Assembly (NCBI GenBank): GCA_964411565.1
Contig: CAYPLB010000004.1
Span: 32,500-96,499, forward strand
DNA: 64,000 nt
Direction: 5' to 3'
From: Candidatus Woesearchaeota archaeon
GTDB taxonomy: Archaea; Nanobdellota; Nanobdellia; SCGC-AAA011-G17; GW2011-AR17
The notes beneath the pieces are model-generated. The model made no database searches and was not told the origin of the DNA. It saw nothing but the letters and a program-made list of their open reading frames with translations. Shown one piece after another: positions 9,684-18,574 of this stretch (positions are counted from its first letter, which is position 1; every line of letters begins with the position of its first letter). The position numbers were made by a program, and so were the translations under genes.

Positions 9684-9904
9684 TTTTTTCTATGTTTCTT
9701 AAGTGCTTTAGAGCTTACTTGTCTTCCTAAATTTAATGCATCTTCCTTAGTAAAAGTACTTTCTTTGGAAAATTCTTTAAATTTTTCTAACATTACTATT
9801 TTTCTCTTAATTGATTCTCTAGCAACAGCACTCCAATTAATTTCAGGGAAATGATCCATTTCTTGCTTTAATTCTTTTGAAACAGATAATGTTATGCTTA
9901 CCAT
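9680..9904 (-). CDS. Ribbon-helix-helix antitoxin (VapB-like)
   Basis: SITLSVSKELKQEMDHFPEINWSAVARESI; ATGA overlap with the PIN gene. Confidence 0.8.
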   Translation of the reverse strand: MVSITLSVSKELKQEMDHFPEINWSAVARESIKRKIVMLEKFKEFSKESTFTKEDALNLGRQVSSKALKKHRKK

Positions 9905-10102
9905 TTTTTATTCCACCTTTTTAAGTCTATTCTGTGTAATATGTTTAAATATTTAAATCTTTTGTTTTCTAAAAAACAAGATAAGATTCAGGTTTAAGAA
10001 AGTATGTGTAAATTTTATGAAATATTTTCAAATTTTGTAAAATAAAAATTTGATAGTAAGTTATATAAAATAATAAAATAGATATATTATAGAGGTGAAG
10101 AA

Positions 10103-11884
10103 GTGACTTCTAAGAAAATTGAGGAAGCGAAGATTAAAAGAATTAAAAATAATTCTAAAGACCTTAAGAATATTCTAAATTTAGAAAATAAATTAAGCCT
10201 AAATTTACATGCAATGACAGTTCTTAATGAAAGATATCTTAAAAGAAATAGTAAAGGAGAAGTTGTAGAAAATCCTGAACAAATGTTTAGAAGAGTAGCG
10301 AAGTATGTAGCAAAAGCTGAAAAGAAAGATAAGAAAAAATGGGAAAATGAATTCTTTGAAGTTATGAAGAATTTAGAATTTTTGCCAAATACACCATGTT
10401 TAACAAATGCAGGAACAACTAGAAAACAACTATGTGCTTGTTATGTTTTAGATCTACCTGACTCAATAGAAGATATATTTGAAACATTGAAAAAATCAGC
10501 TTTAATATTTCAGAGTGGAGGAGGAGTAGGATATTCTTTCTCAAAAATTAGACCTGAAGGAAGTTTGATAAAAAGTACAAATAGAGAAGCCTCAGGCCCA
10601 GTTTCATTTATGCATATTTTTGATAAAGCTGCAGAGACTATGAAAAAAGGTGGAATCAGAAGAGCAGCTATGATGGGAGTTTTAAATATTTCTCATTTAG
10701 ATATCTTAGAATTTATTTGTGCAAAAGAAAAAAATAAATTGAAAAATTTTAATATTTCAGTCGCTATTACCGATGATTTTATGAAAAAAGTAATTCATGG
10801 ACAAAATTATTGGTTAAAAGATGAAAAAGGAAATAGAGTGAAGAAATTTAGTTCAAGAGAAGTTTTTGATTTTATTTGTGCAAACTCTTGGGAAAATGGT
10901 GAACCAGGAGTTTTATTTATTGATGAGATTAATAGAAAACATTGTCTTAAGAAAATAAATAAGATTACAGCTATAAATCCTTGTGGAGAAGTCCCACTCC
11001 TTGAAAGAGAATCTTGTTGTTTAGGTTCAGTTAATCTTTCTAAGACTACAAAAAATGGAAAAGTGAATTGGGTAAAATTAGCAAAGTCTGTAAAAATAGG
11101 AGTTAGGTTCTTAGATAATGTTGTATCAGTAAATAAATATCCAACAAAAGAAATAGAATTAATGTGTCTAACAAATAGAAAAATTGGTTTAGGTGTAATG
11201 GGTTGGGCAGATATGTTAATTGAATTAGGAATATCATATGATTCTAAAGAAGCAGTAAAATTAGCTGATAGTGTAATGAAGTTTGTTAAAAAAACAGCAA
11301 TAGAAGAGTCTGAGAAATTAGCTAGAGAAAAAGGAGCATTTCCAAATTATAAAAGAAGTAGTATTAAGAAAAAAAGGAGGAATGCAAGTTTGTTAGCAAT
11401 TGCACCTACAGGTAGTATTAGTATTATTGCAGGTTGTTCATCAGGAATTGAACCTTTGTTTGCTGTAGCTTATATGAGAGAAATATTAAATGGAATGAAA
11501 CTATTGGAAATAAATAAAACATTTGAAGAAATAGCAAGATTTAATGGATTCTATAAAAAAGGTATGATGAAAAATATTGTAAAGAAAGGAACATTAAAAG
11601 GAATACTTAGTGTTCCAAAACCAGTAAAGAAATTATTTGCAACATCATTGGAGATTCCATTAGAGAGACATATAGAGATGCAGGCAGCTTTTCAAAAACA
11701 TGTTGACAATGCAGTATCAAAAACAATAAACTTACCAAATAAGGCAACTATAGGTGATGTAAAGAGAGCATATATGTTGGCTTGGAAGAATAAATGTAAA
11801 GGAATTACAGTTTATAGATATGGTAGTAGAGAAAAACAAGTTTTGTATTTTGGTCAAAAATATTGTAAGAATTGTAAAAATTAA
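10103..11884 (+). CDS. nrdJ: Class II (adenosylcobalamin-dependent) ribonucleotide reductase
   Basis: ERYL, PNTP..NAG, CACY, GGGVG, NPCGE, CLGSVNL, IAPTGSIS, SSGIEP, terminal CxxC; GTG start after SD GAGGTGA. Confidence 0.9.
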   Translation: MTSKKIEEAKIKRIKNNSKDLKNILNLENKLSLNLHAMTVLNERYLKRNSKGEVVENPEQMFRRVAKYVAKAEKKDKKKWENEFFEVMKNLEFLPNTPCLTNAGTTRKQLCACYVLDLPDSIEDIFETLKKSALIFQSGGGVGYSFSKIRPEGSLIKSTNREASGPVSFMHIFDKAAETMKKGGIRRAAMMGVLNISHLDILEFICAKEKNKLKNFNISVAITDDFMKKVIHGQNYWLKDEKGNRVKKFSSREVFDFICANSWENGEPGVLFIDEINRKHCLKKINKITAINPCGEVPLLERESCCLGSVNLSKTTKNGKVNWVKLAKSVKIGVRFLDNVVSVNKYPTKEIELMCLTNRKIGLGVMGWADMLIELGISYDSKEAVKLADSVMKFVKKTAIEESEKLAREKGAFPNYKRSSIKKKRRNASLLAIAPTGSISIIAGCSSGIEPLFAVAYMREILNGMKLLEINKTFEEIARFNGFYKKGMMKNIVKKGTLKGILSVPKPVKKLFATSLEIPLERHIEMQAAFQKHVDNAVSKTINLPNKATIGDVKRAYMLAWKNKCKGITVYRYGSREKQVLYFGQKYCKNCKN

Positions 11885-11904
11885 ATAAAAAATAAAAAAG
11901 AAAT

Positions 11905-12363
11905 TTATCTTCTCTTCTTCTTTTTAGCTTTTCTTTTAGGCTTTTTCTTTGCAGCTTTTCTCTTAACTTTTTTCTTAGCTTTCTTCTTCACTTTTTTCTT
12001 CTTCTTAACTTTCTTCTTTGCTGCTTTTCGCTTTACCTTTTTCTTTTTAGCCTTTTTCTTTTTAGCTTTTTTCTTGACCTTTCTTTTAACAGCTTTTTTC
12101 TTAGCTTTCTTTTTCTTAGCTTTTTTCTTTTTCTTTTTGCCGCCTCTAGCCATTTTTGTACAAGCTACATTACCTGCTTTATCGATATAGTATAACATTC
12201 CAGGCTCTCTTTTGACGCCACACTTAACAACAACTTGCTGTTTGAATGAACCCTTCATTCCAGGTCTTTTCATCTTTACTCTAGCAACATCACCCTTCTT
12301 ATTTAAGAAGTATAAGTATCCTGCTGCTCTTTTTATCCCACACTTTACAAGAATTTTTCCCAT
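11905..12363 (-). CDS. Tandem Cc1-like chromatin protein with Lys/Ala/Val-rich histone-H1-like tail
   Basis: Two repeats G[IV]KR..G.LY[FY][LI][ND]K.G[DN]VA..KM.R.G followed by ~80 aa of mostly K/A/V; SD GAGGTG before ATG 12363; Cc1 assignment from memory. Confidence 0.65.
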   Translation of the reverse strand: MGKILVKCGIKRAAGYLYFLNKKGDVARVKMKRPGMKGSFKQQVVVKCGVKREPGMLYYIDKAGNVACTKMARGGKKKKKKAKKKKAKKKAVKRKVKKKAKKKKAKKKKVKRKAAKKKVKKKKKVKKKAKKKVKRKAAKKKPKRKAKKKKRR

Positions 12364-12483
12364 TTTTTTCACCTCGTATATTCTAGTTATATAAACTAGT
12401 AAACATATATAGCCCTTGTTAGTATTTAAACTTTATGTTTTCTCGAGGGAAATCTTATATATTTCAAGAACTTGAGAGTTGTT

Positions 12484-13245
12484 ATGTGGGTACATGATTT
12501 GAATCCAGTCTTGTTAAATTTGGGAGGATTGGAGATAAGATACTATGGATTAGTATATGTAATTGGATTTATTTTGAGCATAGTTTGGTTAATGTTTTAT
12601 CGTCGAGAAATAGACTTAAAAAAAGATGAAGTTTATGACTTTGTTTTTTATTTGATGTTAGGTGTAATTGTAGGATCTAGATTGTTCCATGTTGTATTTT
12701 GGGAGCCTAATTATTATTTGTTGGAACCTTGGAAAATATTTTTTCTTTGGGAAGGAGGAATGGCTTACCATGGAGGTTTAGTTGGAGTTGTCGTTGCTGC
12801 TTATTGGTATTGTAAAAATAAAAAAATAAGTTTTTTGAAAGTTGCAGATATTCTAACAGTTCCTGGAATCTTAGCTTTAGGTTTAGGAAGATTAGCCAAT
12901 TTTGTTAATGGAGAGTTAGTAGGCAGAGTAACTGAAGTTGCTTGGTGTGTGGATTTTGGAGATGAGTCTTGTAGACATCCTTATGTTATTTATAGTGCTT
13001 TGAAAAGGTTTGCTATAGGAGGATTTTTGTGGAGTTTATCGTCAATAAAGTTTAAAGAAGGACTTATATTTTGGAGTGGAATTTTGTTGATGGGAATAGG
13101 TAGATTTGTCCTAGATTTCTATAGAGAAGATATATTATATTGGAGTTTTAGTGTTGGACAGTGGATGTCTTTAGCAATGATTATTGTTTCTTTGTTTGTT
13201 TTAGTAAAGAATTATAGCAAGAGTATGAGAAAAATATTTAAATGA
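12484..13245 (+). CDS. lgt: Prolipoprotein diacylglyceryl transferase
   Basis: IRYYG, GSRLFHV, WEGGMAYHGG, GRLANFVNGELVGR, RHP, GRFVLDFYR. Confidence 0.9.
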   Translation: MWVHDLNPVLLNLGGLEIRYYGLVYVIGFILSIVWLMFYRREIDLKKDEVYDFVFYLMLGVIVGSRLFHVVFWEPNYYLLEPWKIFFLWEGGMAYHGGLVGVVVAAYWYCKNKKISFLKVADILTVPGILALGLGRLANFVNGELVGRVTEVAWCVDFGDESCRHPYVIYSALKRFAIGGFLWSLSSIKFKEGLIFWSGILLMGIGRFVLDFYREDILYWSFSVGQWMSLAMIIVSLFVLVKNYSKSMRKIFK

Positions 13246-13251
13246 TAAAAT

Positions 13252-13671
13252 TTGAAAATGTCTCTTATGATAAATTGCGAACAATGTCCGGATGCAGCAT
13301 GTTGTAGAGATGTGACAGTAGAAATAGACGACCCAGATACAGTTGAAGATTGGGATGAAATTAGATGGATGGTTTCCCATAAAAATGTATCAGTTTACAA
13401 GGATGATGAGGATGATTGGTTAGTAGAATTTAAAACACCTTGTGCAAAATTAGATGAAAATGGTAAATGTACAGTTTATGATAAAAGACCTGATATTTGT
13501 AGAGGTCATGCATTAAGTTCTTGTGTGTATAATGGAGAAGGAGAAATTCATAAAATAAGATTCGAAAATGTTGAGGATGTTGAAAAATATATCAAAGAAA
13601 ATGTTCTTGAAAATATGAAAAAAGAAGCTCAAAAAGATCTTGATGAAGTTGAAAAGTGGAACTTAGGTTAA
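13252..13671 (+). CDS. YkgJ-like Cys-cluster (Zn/Fe-chelating) protein
   Basis: CEQCPDAACC ... PCAKLDENGKCTVYDKRPDICR. Confidence 0.85.
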   Translation: MKMSLMINCEQCPDAACCRDVTVEIDDPDTVEDWDEIRWMVSHKNVSVYKDDEDDWLVEFKTPCAKLDENGKCTVYDKRPDICRGHALSSCVYNGEGEIHKIRFENVEDVEKYIKENVLENMKKEAQKDLDEVEKWNLG

Positions 13672-13697
13672 GTTTATTTATTATTTCTTTTTTATGA

Positions 13698-14069
13698 TTA
13701 ATCAAGAATTTCAAAATTTATTTCATTAATATCAAATGTAGAATAATCAATTGTTAATTCTTCTCCAGGAGAAATGTCTCTTAAAGCAATATTTGATTCT
13801 AAAGGACTTATATTTTTTAAGTTAGGTTTCTTTGAATGATTAATAAAACGAGCATCATCTGTATTTAGAATTAAACTACCTGATTTTAATTCAACTCCAT
13901 ATTTTTCAAAAAAATTCTTAGCCTCCTTTGGAATTTTATTTTTATCTATATTTATATCTATAATTGGATTGTAAACCCAAACCTTTTGACCTTTTTTTAT
14001 ATGTTGATTAGAAACTAGACCAATCCCTTTACCTTTGAATTCCTTTAAATATGTATCAACAACTAACAT
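13698..14069 (-). CDS. Minimal SET-domain protein (lysine methyltransferase-like)
   Basis: GKGIGLV, ARFINHS..PN, ALRDI..GEELTIDY. Confidence 0.9.
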   Translation of the reverse strand: MLVVDTYLKEFKGKGIGLVSNQHIKKGQKVWVYNPIIDINIDKNKIPKEAKNFFEKYGVELKSGSLILNTDDARFINHSKKPNLKNISPLESNIALRDISPGEELTIDYSTFDINEINFEILD

Positions 14070-14070
14070 T

Positions 14071-15846
14071 TTAAGTATAATAATATTTTCCTTCTTTTTT
14101 TTGTTTAGCGTCTAATTGAGAATTTGGTTGGTTAATCCTAGGTCTGCCAAACTCAGGATCAATTCTAAAAGTAATGTCCAGCATCTTTAGAACTTCGTTC
14201 ATACCTTCTTCTTTTGTTAATGGACCTTTAACATGACCTTCTTTACTAGGCTCACCATTGAAAACTAACATAGAATCTCCAATATAATCTATAAATTGAA
14301 TATCGTGATCGACTACAATTGCACAAGTATCTTGTTTGTTCATAAAATCTCTAATAACCTCAGCTACATGAATTCTATCTTCAACATCAATGAAAGCTGA
14401 AGGCTCGTCAAAAGCATACACATCTGCATCTAAAGATAAAGTTATAGCAACAAATACTTTTTGTAGTTCTCCACCAGATAAATCTGCAATATTAGAGTTA
14501 ATTATTTTCTTTAAGTTTAATTTTTCTAAAATATTTTTCTCAAACCAACCACTCTCTTTGTCTTTAGCATATTTGTGTAACCATTCATTTACAGTTCCAG
14601 CTTCAGGTTTAATGTCTTGAGGTTTGTAAGCAATTTTAATAGTAGAATCAATTTTTCCTTTTGTAGGTTTAATAATACCAGCAAGCATTTTCAAGAAAGT
14701 AGTTTTTCCTAAACCATTTCCACCAGTAATAGTTAAAATCTCACCTTTTCTTAACTCACCAGCATTTACTTTTAATTTGAAAGTTTCAAATTCTTTTTCT
14801 AAATCTGGCCAGGAATATAGTACAGGTCTATTTACATATCTTTCAATACCCTTGTTAAATTTAATTTTATAATCTCTAAATCTAACATTGTCGTCAGGAA
14901 GATATCCATCTAAATATTCATTTATACCTCTTCTTACAGATTTAATTTGTGAAACAATACCATAAACAGCTGCGTCACCATATAAAATTTGTAATTGATC
15001 AGAAATGTAGTCTAAAGTTGCTAAGTCATGTTCAACAACCATAACAGAAGTCTCTTCATTTGCTAAAGCTCTAATTATTTTTGCAACCTTAATCCTGTAA
15101 GTAATATCTAAGAAAGAAGCAGGTTCATCAAAGAAGTAAAAGTTTGCATCTCTAAGTAAAGTTGCTGCAATAGCTAGCCTCTGTAATTCTCCTCCAGAAA
15201 GAGCTGAAACTTCTCTATCAAATAATTTTTTTAGATCTAATTTTTCTGAAATTTCTTCAAGTTTATTATTCTCATTAGATTTGTCTAAAAGTTCTTTAAC
15301 AGTCCCTTCAATTTGAGTTGGAATTAAATGTACAGCTTGAGGTTTGTAAGCAATCTTTACTTGTTTAGCTTTTAATTTTTTTAAGAAACTTTGAATCTCT
15401 GATCCCCTGTACATGTTGATAAGTTCGTCAATTTTTGGATCTTCTTTTTTTGAATCTCCAAGATTAGGAGTTAATGAATTTGATAATATTTTTAGAGCAG
15501 TACTTTTACCAATACCATTTCTACCTAAAATACCTAAAACTTTTCCTGAAGAAGGTAAAGGTAAATTGTATAATATAAAAGAATCTTGACCATATCTATG
15601 AATAGGTTTTTGAGTTAGTTTATCAGGAAGCTTAACCATGTGAATAGCTCCAAAAGGACATACATTTACACAAATGCTACAAACACCAGTACAAAGTTCT
15701 TCATTAATCTGAGCTTTGCCATCTGGACCTTTTGTAATAGCTTCCTGTCCTTGTCTATTTAGAGGACACATTCTCATACAAAGATAATCTCCACAAGACA
15801 AGGGATTACATTTATCCTTTTCTACTACAGCTATTCGTTTAACCAT
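14071..15846 (-). CDS. rli: ABCE1/Rli1 ribosome recycling ATPase
   Basis: N-terminal Fe-S cysteines (C..C...C..CP; CTGVC.IC..VCPF), two ABC cassettes (GRNGIGKS, LSGGELQ; GGNGLGKT); true start ATG 15846 (MVKRIAVV). Confidence 0.96.
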   Translation of the reverse strand: MVKRIAVVEKDKCNPLSCGDYLCMRMCPLNRQGQEAITKGPDGKAQINEELCTGVCSICVNVCPFGAIHMVKLPDKLTQKPIHRYGQDSFILYNLPLPSSGKVLGILGRNGIGKSTALKILSNSLTPNLGDSKKEDPKIDELINMYRGSEIQSFLKKLKAKQVKIAYKPQAVHLIPTQIEGTVKELLDKSNENNKLEEISEKLDLKKLFDREVSALSGGELQRLAIAATLLRDANFYFFDEPASFLDITYRIKVAKIIRALANEETSVMVVEHDLATLDYISDQLQILYGDAAVYGIVSQIKSVRRGINEYLDGYLPDDNVRFRDYKIKFNKGIERYVNRPVLYSWPDLEKEFETFKLKVNAGELRKGEILTITGGNGLGKTTFLKMLAGIIKPTKGKIDSTIKIAYKPQDIKPEAGTVNEWLHKYAKDKESGWFEKNILEKLNLKKIINSNIADLSGGELQKVFVAITLSLDADVYAFDEPSAFIDVEDRIHVAEVIRDFMNKQDTCAIVVDHDIQFIDYIGDSMLVFNGEPSKEGHVKGPLTKEEGMNEVLKMLDITFRIDPEFGRPRINQPNSQLDAKQKKEGKYYYT

Positions 15847-15896
15847 GCTTAGAAAGATAAATTGAAGATTTTTAAGTGTTGTGGGAGAGAAAATAC

Positions 15897-16949
15897 TCAT
15901 TTATGATAAACAGTTTGGGAAGGGAAAGCTAAATCTAATTTATTTTTATTAAATTGTTTTAAAATCCCCATATTAACTTCTGTTTGAGTTTCTAAAATAT
16001 TTGAAGATTTCTTAATAAAATAAGTTAAAGAAATGTTCATTGAAGAATCAGCAAACTCTGAAAATGCAACAGTTATTTTTTTCTCTAAATTTTTATTCTT
16101 TGAAGCTATTTCTTTTAAGATTTTCATAGCCTTTTCCATTTGTTTTTCAGTAGTATCATAAGTTAAACCTAAGATAATTTTTACCTTCCTAGAAGGTTCT
16201 AAAGAAATATTCTCAACAGGATTTTCTGAAAACTTAGAATTTGGAATTGTAACAACTCTTCCTTCTAAAGTTACTAACCTAGTACTCCTTAAACCAATTT
16301 CTTTTACTGTACCATCAATACCAGAAATAATAATTCTGTCTCCTATTTTGAAAGGTTTGTCTGCAAAAATAGTAAAACCACCAAATATATTTGAAAGAGT
16401 ATCCTTAGCAGCCATTGCAAAAGCTAAACCTCCAATACCTAAACCAGCTAACAAAGCTCCAACATTGTAACCAGCATTATTTAGTGCAATAATAATAGCA
16501 ATAGTCCATACAATAATCTTTACACCTTTTCTTAAAACAGGTAAAAGTTGATCATCTAAATCAGTTTCAGTTTTTTCAGATAAAGGAATTATGTATTCTT
16601 TAAAGAAAGCATCAAATAATCTTGTTAACAACCAAGCTATATTTGCAATGATCAAAGCTTGAAAAATACTTCCAATTACTGAATCTACAGCTGTTGAAAA
16701 AGATAAAAATCTTAAAGCAAACCAAATTCCTGCTAAAGTCAAAGCTAGAAGAATTGGTTCTTCAATCATATCTATAATAATATCATCAATTTTAGTTTTT
16801 GTTTTTTTAGTTAATTTTTTTAAAACATTAGAAGATATCCAATAAAGAATTTTTCCAGTTAATATAGCACAAAATATTAAAATAAATGCAAATAACCATA
16901 CCTCAATCTGATTACCATAAAAGGTTTTTGTTAAAATATCTTCAAACAT
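15897..16949 (-). CDS. mscS: Small-conductance mechanosensitive channel
   Basis: LLAGLGIGGLAFAMAAKDTLSN, KPFKIGD, GTVKEIGLRST, IPNS. Confidence 0.93.
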   Translation of the reverse strand: MFEDILTKTFYGNQIEVWLFAFILIFCAILTGKILYWISSNVLKKLTKKTKTKIDDIIIDMIEEPILLALTLAGIWFALRFLSFSTAVDSVIGSIFQALIIANIAWLLTRLFDAFFKEYIIPLSEKTETDLDDQLLPVLRKGVKIIVWTIAIIIALNNAGYNVGALLAGLGIGGLAFAMAAKDTLSNIFGGFTIFADKPFKIGDRIIISGIDGTVKEIGLRSTRLVTLEGRVVTIPNSKFSENPVENISLEPSRKVKIILGLTYDTTEKQMEKAMKILKEIASKNKNLEKKITVAFSEFADSSMNISLTYFIKKSSNILETQTEVNMGILKQFNKNKLDLAFPSQTVYHK

Positions 16950-17025
16950 ATAAGAAGAAAATTTATGGAGTGTTTATAAGGTTTTTGTAGGAAGATATTT
17001 AAAGTGAAATTAAGTAATTAGAAAC

Positions 17026-17163
17026 ATGAAATGTGTTTTATGTAAAGGAAAAATTGAAAAAAGTTTCTTAGGTAAGATTGTAGGAACTTTTGTTAAGAAA
17101 AAAGCAGTTTGTAGTGCCTGCCAAAAGAAACATGGAAAAGGTGTAGATGCACTTGTAGAATAA
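17026..17163 (+). CDS. 45-aa zinc-finger microprotein (CxxC...CxxC)
   Basis: MKCVLCKGKIEKSFLGKIVGTFVKKKAVCSACQKKHGKGVDALVE; TATA-like tttaaa upstream; below ORF-track cutoff. Confidence 0.75.
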   Translation: MKCVLCKGKIEKSFLGKIVGTFVKKKAVCSACQKKHGKGVDALVE

Positions 17164-17165
17164 AG

Positions 17166-17717
17166 TTATATCATAGAAACTTTATTCATTGTATCTCCAG
17201 CCCTTAACTCATCTACAACATCCATTCCTTCAATAACTTCTCCAAAGACAGCATAACCTTCATCTAAGAAAGTATTATCAGCTAAGTTTACAAAGAATTG
17301 AGAACTTGCACTATTTGGATCATTTGACCTTGCCATACCAACTGTTCCTCTGGAATGAGATTTGCCAATAACTTCTAATTCAATTGAATCTTCACTTCCA
17401 CCAGTCCCATCACCATTTGGATCTCCACCCTGAATTACAAATCCAGGTTCATATCTGTGGAAAGTTAAACTATCATAAAATCCTTCTTCTACAAGCTTAA
17501 GAAAGTTGTTCGTAGATATTGGTGTGTCTTCATATAAACCAATTGTAAAATCACCTTTATTGGTTTCAACCTTTACCTTGTAAGTATAATCCATTTCTTC
17601 TGTCTCCTCTTGAACTACTTCTTCAGTTTCTACTTCCTCAGTTTCTACTTCTTCAGTTTGTCCAGTAGAACAAGCTACTAAAAAAATTAGTAAGAATAAA
17701 ATTATTATCTTTTTCAT
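17166..17717 (-). CDS. Cyclophilin-type peptidyl-prolyl isomerase with lipoprotein signal peptide
   Basis: FYDSLTFHRYEPGFVIQGGDP, GTVGMAR, ASSQFFVN, YAVFGEV; N-terminal MKK-hydrophobic-LVAC lipobox. Confidence 0.92.
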   Translation of the reverse strand: MKKIIILFLLIFLVACSTGQTEEVETEEVETEEVVQEETEEMDYTYKVKVETNKGDFTIGLYEDTPISTNNFLKLVEEGFYDSLTFHRYEPGFVIQGGDPNGDGTGGSEDSIELEVIGKSHSRGTVGMARSNDPNSASSQFFVNLADNTFLDEGYAVFGEVIEGMDVVDELRAGDTMNKVSMI

Positions 17718-17887
17718 AATGTTTTGATTTCTTTTATCTTTAAAAAATTAATCTTTTCGATAAGTTTATAAAAATAAAATTTCCAGGTAATTGTCAATTA
17801 GGTGTGAAAAGGTAATGGCTTATACGTATAGGGTCAAAAAACTTAAAAAAAGTTTATTTCCTAAATCTATCTTATCAATAGCCTACC

Positions 17888-18262
17888 TCATAGACCTAAT
17901 TTTTTTTTGTAATAATACCAAATTTCAAAGAAAATACCAAATATAACTACAAAAACCCAAAGAATCTTTGGATAACCTTGGAAAATTGAAAGTAGTAAAC
18001 CTAAGATTGCAGTTCCTGACCAAATTAATTTTAAAGTTAGTAAAGTGTTGTAAGTTTCTTTAGACTTTTCTTTAGCTAATAATGAAATTCCACCAACTGC
18101 AAATAATGCTGCAGCTACTAATCTTGCTGTAACAGGATCTATTGTTTCTAAACCTAATAAAGTTAAAGAATAAACAGGGAAAAAGAATAAAGGAATTGCA
18201 ATAATATAATCAATAATGAAATGAACTAAAAACCAGGTTTTTAGAGATTTAGGAACTTTCAT
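17888..18262 (-). CDS. Hypothetical 4-TM membrane protein
   Basis: Hydrophobic 124-aa ORF. Confidence 0.7.
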   Translation of the reverse strand: MKVPKSLKTWFLVHFIIDYIIAIPLFFFPVYSLTLLGLETIDPVTARLVAAALFAVGGISLLAKEKSKETYNTLLTLKLIWSGTAILGLLLSIFQGYPKILWVFVVIFGIFFEIWYYYKKKLGL

Positions 18263-18301
18263 GTTAATGTCATAGACTTTCTTATTTAAGTATTTTTTTG
18301 A

Positions 18302-18574
18302 TTAGAAACCAAAAGAATCTGTGAATTCTTTTATTTGTTGGTAATCAGATAAGAATTTTAAACCTTTGTTAGTAATAGTATATTTCTTTCCTCTCTTTTC
18401 TTCAAGTTCTTCAACTAACTCCTTTTGAATTAAATCACCGACATATCGCTTCATAGAATCATGAGAAAGATTTGATTTGTAAAGTAAATGAGTTGGTTTA
18501 ATGGTTCCACCTTTATCACGAATGGATTCCAAGATGTCCTTTATAATATCAAGCTTTTCTCTTCGTGCTACCAT
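18302..18574 (-). CDS. Winged-helix DNA-binding protein (archaeal HTH_45-like)
   Basis: RREKLDIIKDIL...KPTHLLYKSNLS...YTITNKGLKFL. Confidence 0.85.
   Translation of the reverse strand: MVARREKLDIIKDILESIRDKGGTIKPTHLLYKSNLSHDSMKRYVGDLIQKELVEELEEKRGKKYTITNKGLKFLSDYQQIKEFTDSFGF

Noticed and set aside
11890-12140. Repetitive T/C-rich tract as a CRISPR array or satellite
   Set aside because: It is the antisense of Lys/Ala codons in a coding tail; no repeat-spacer periodicity. No CRISPR array or cas gene was seen anywhere in the window
17620-17660. Short direct repeats (EEVET units)
   Set aside because: Low-complexity linker of the cyclophilin lipoprotein
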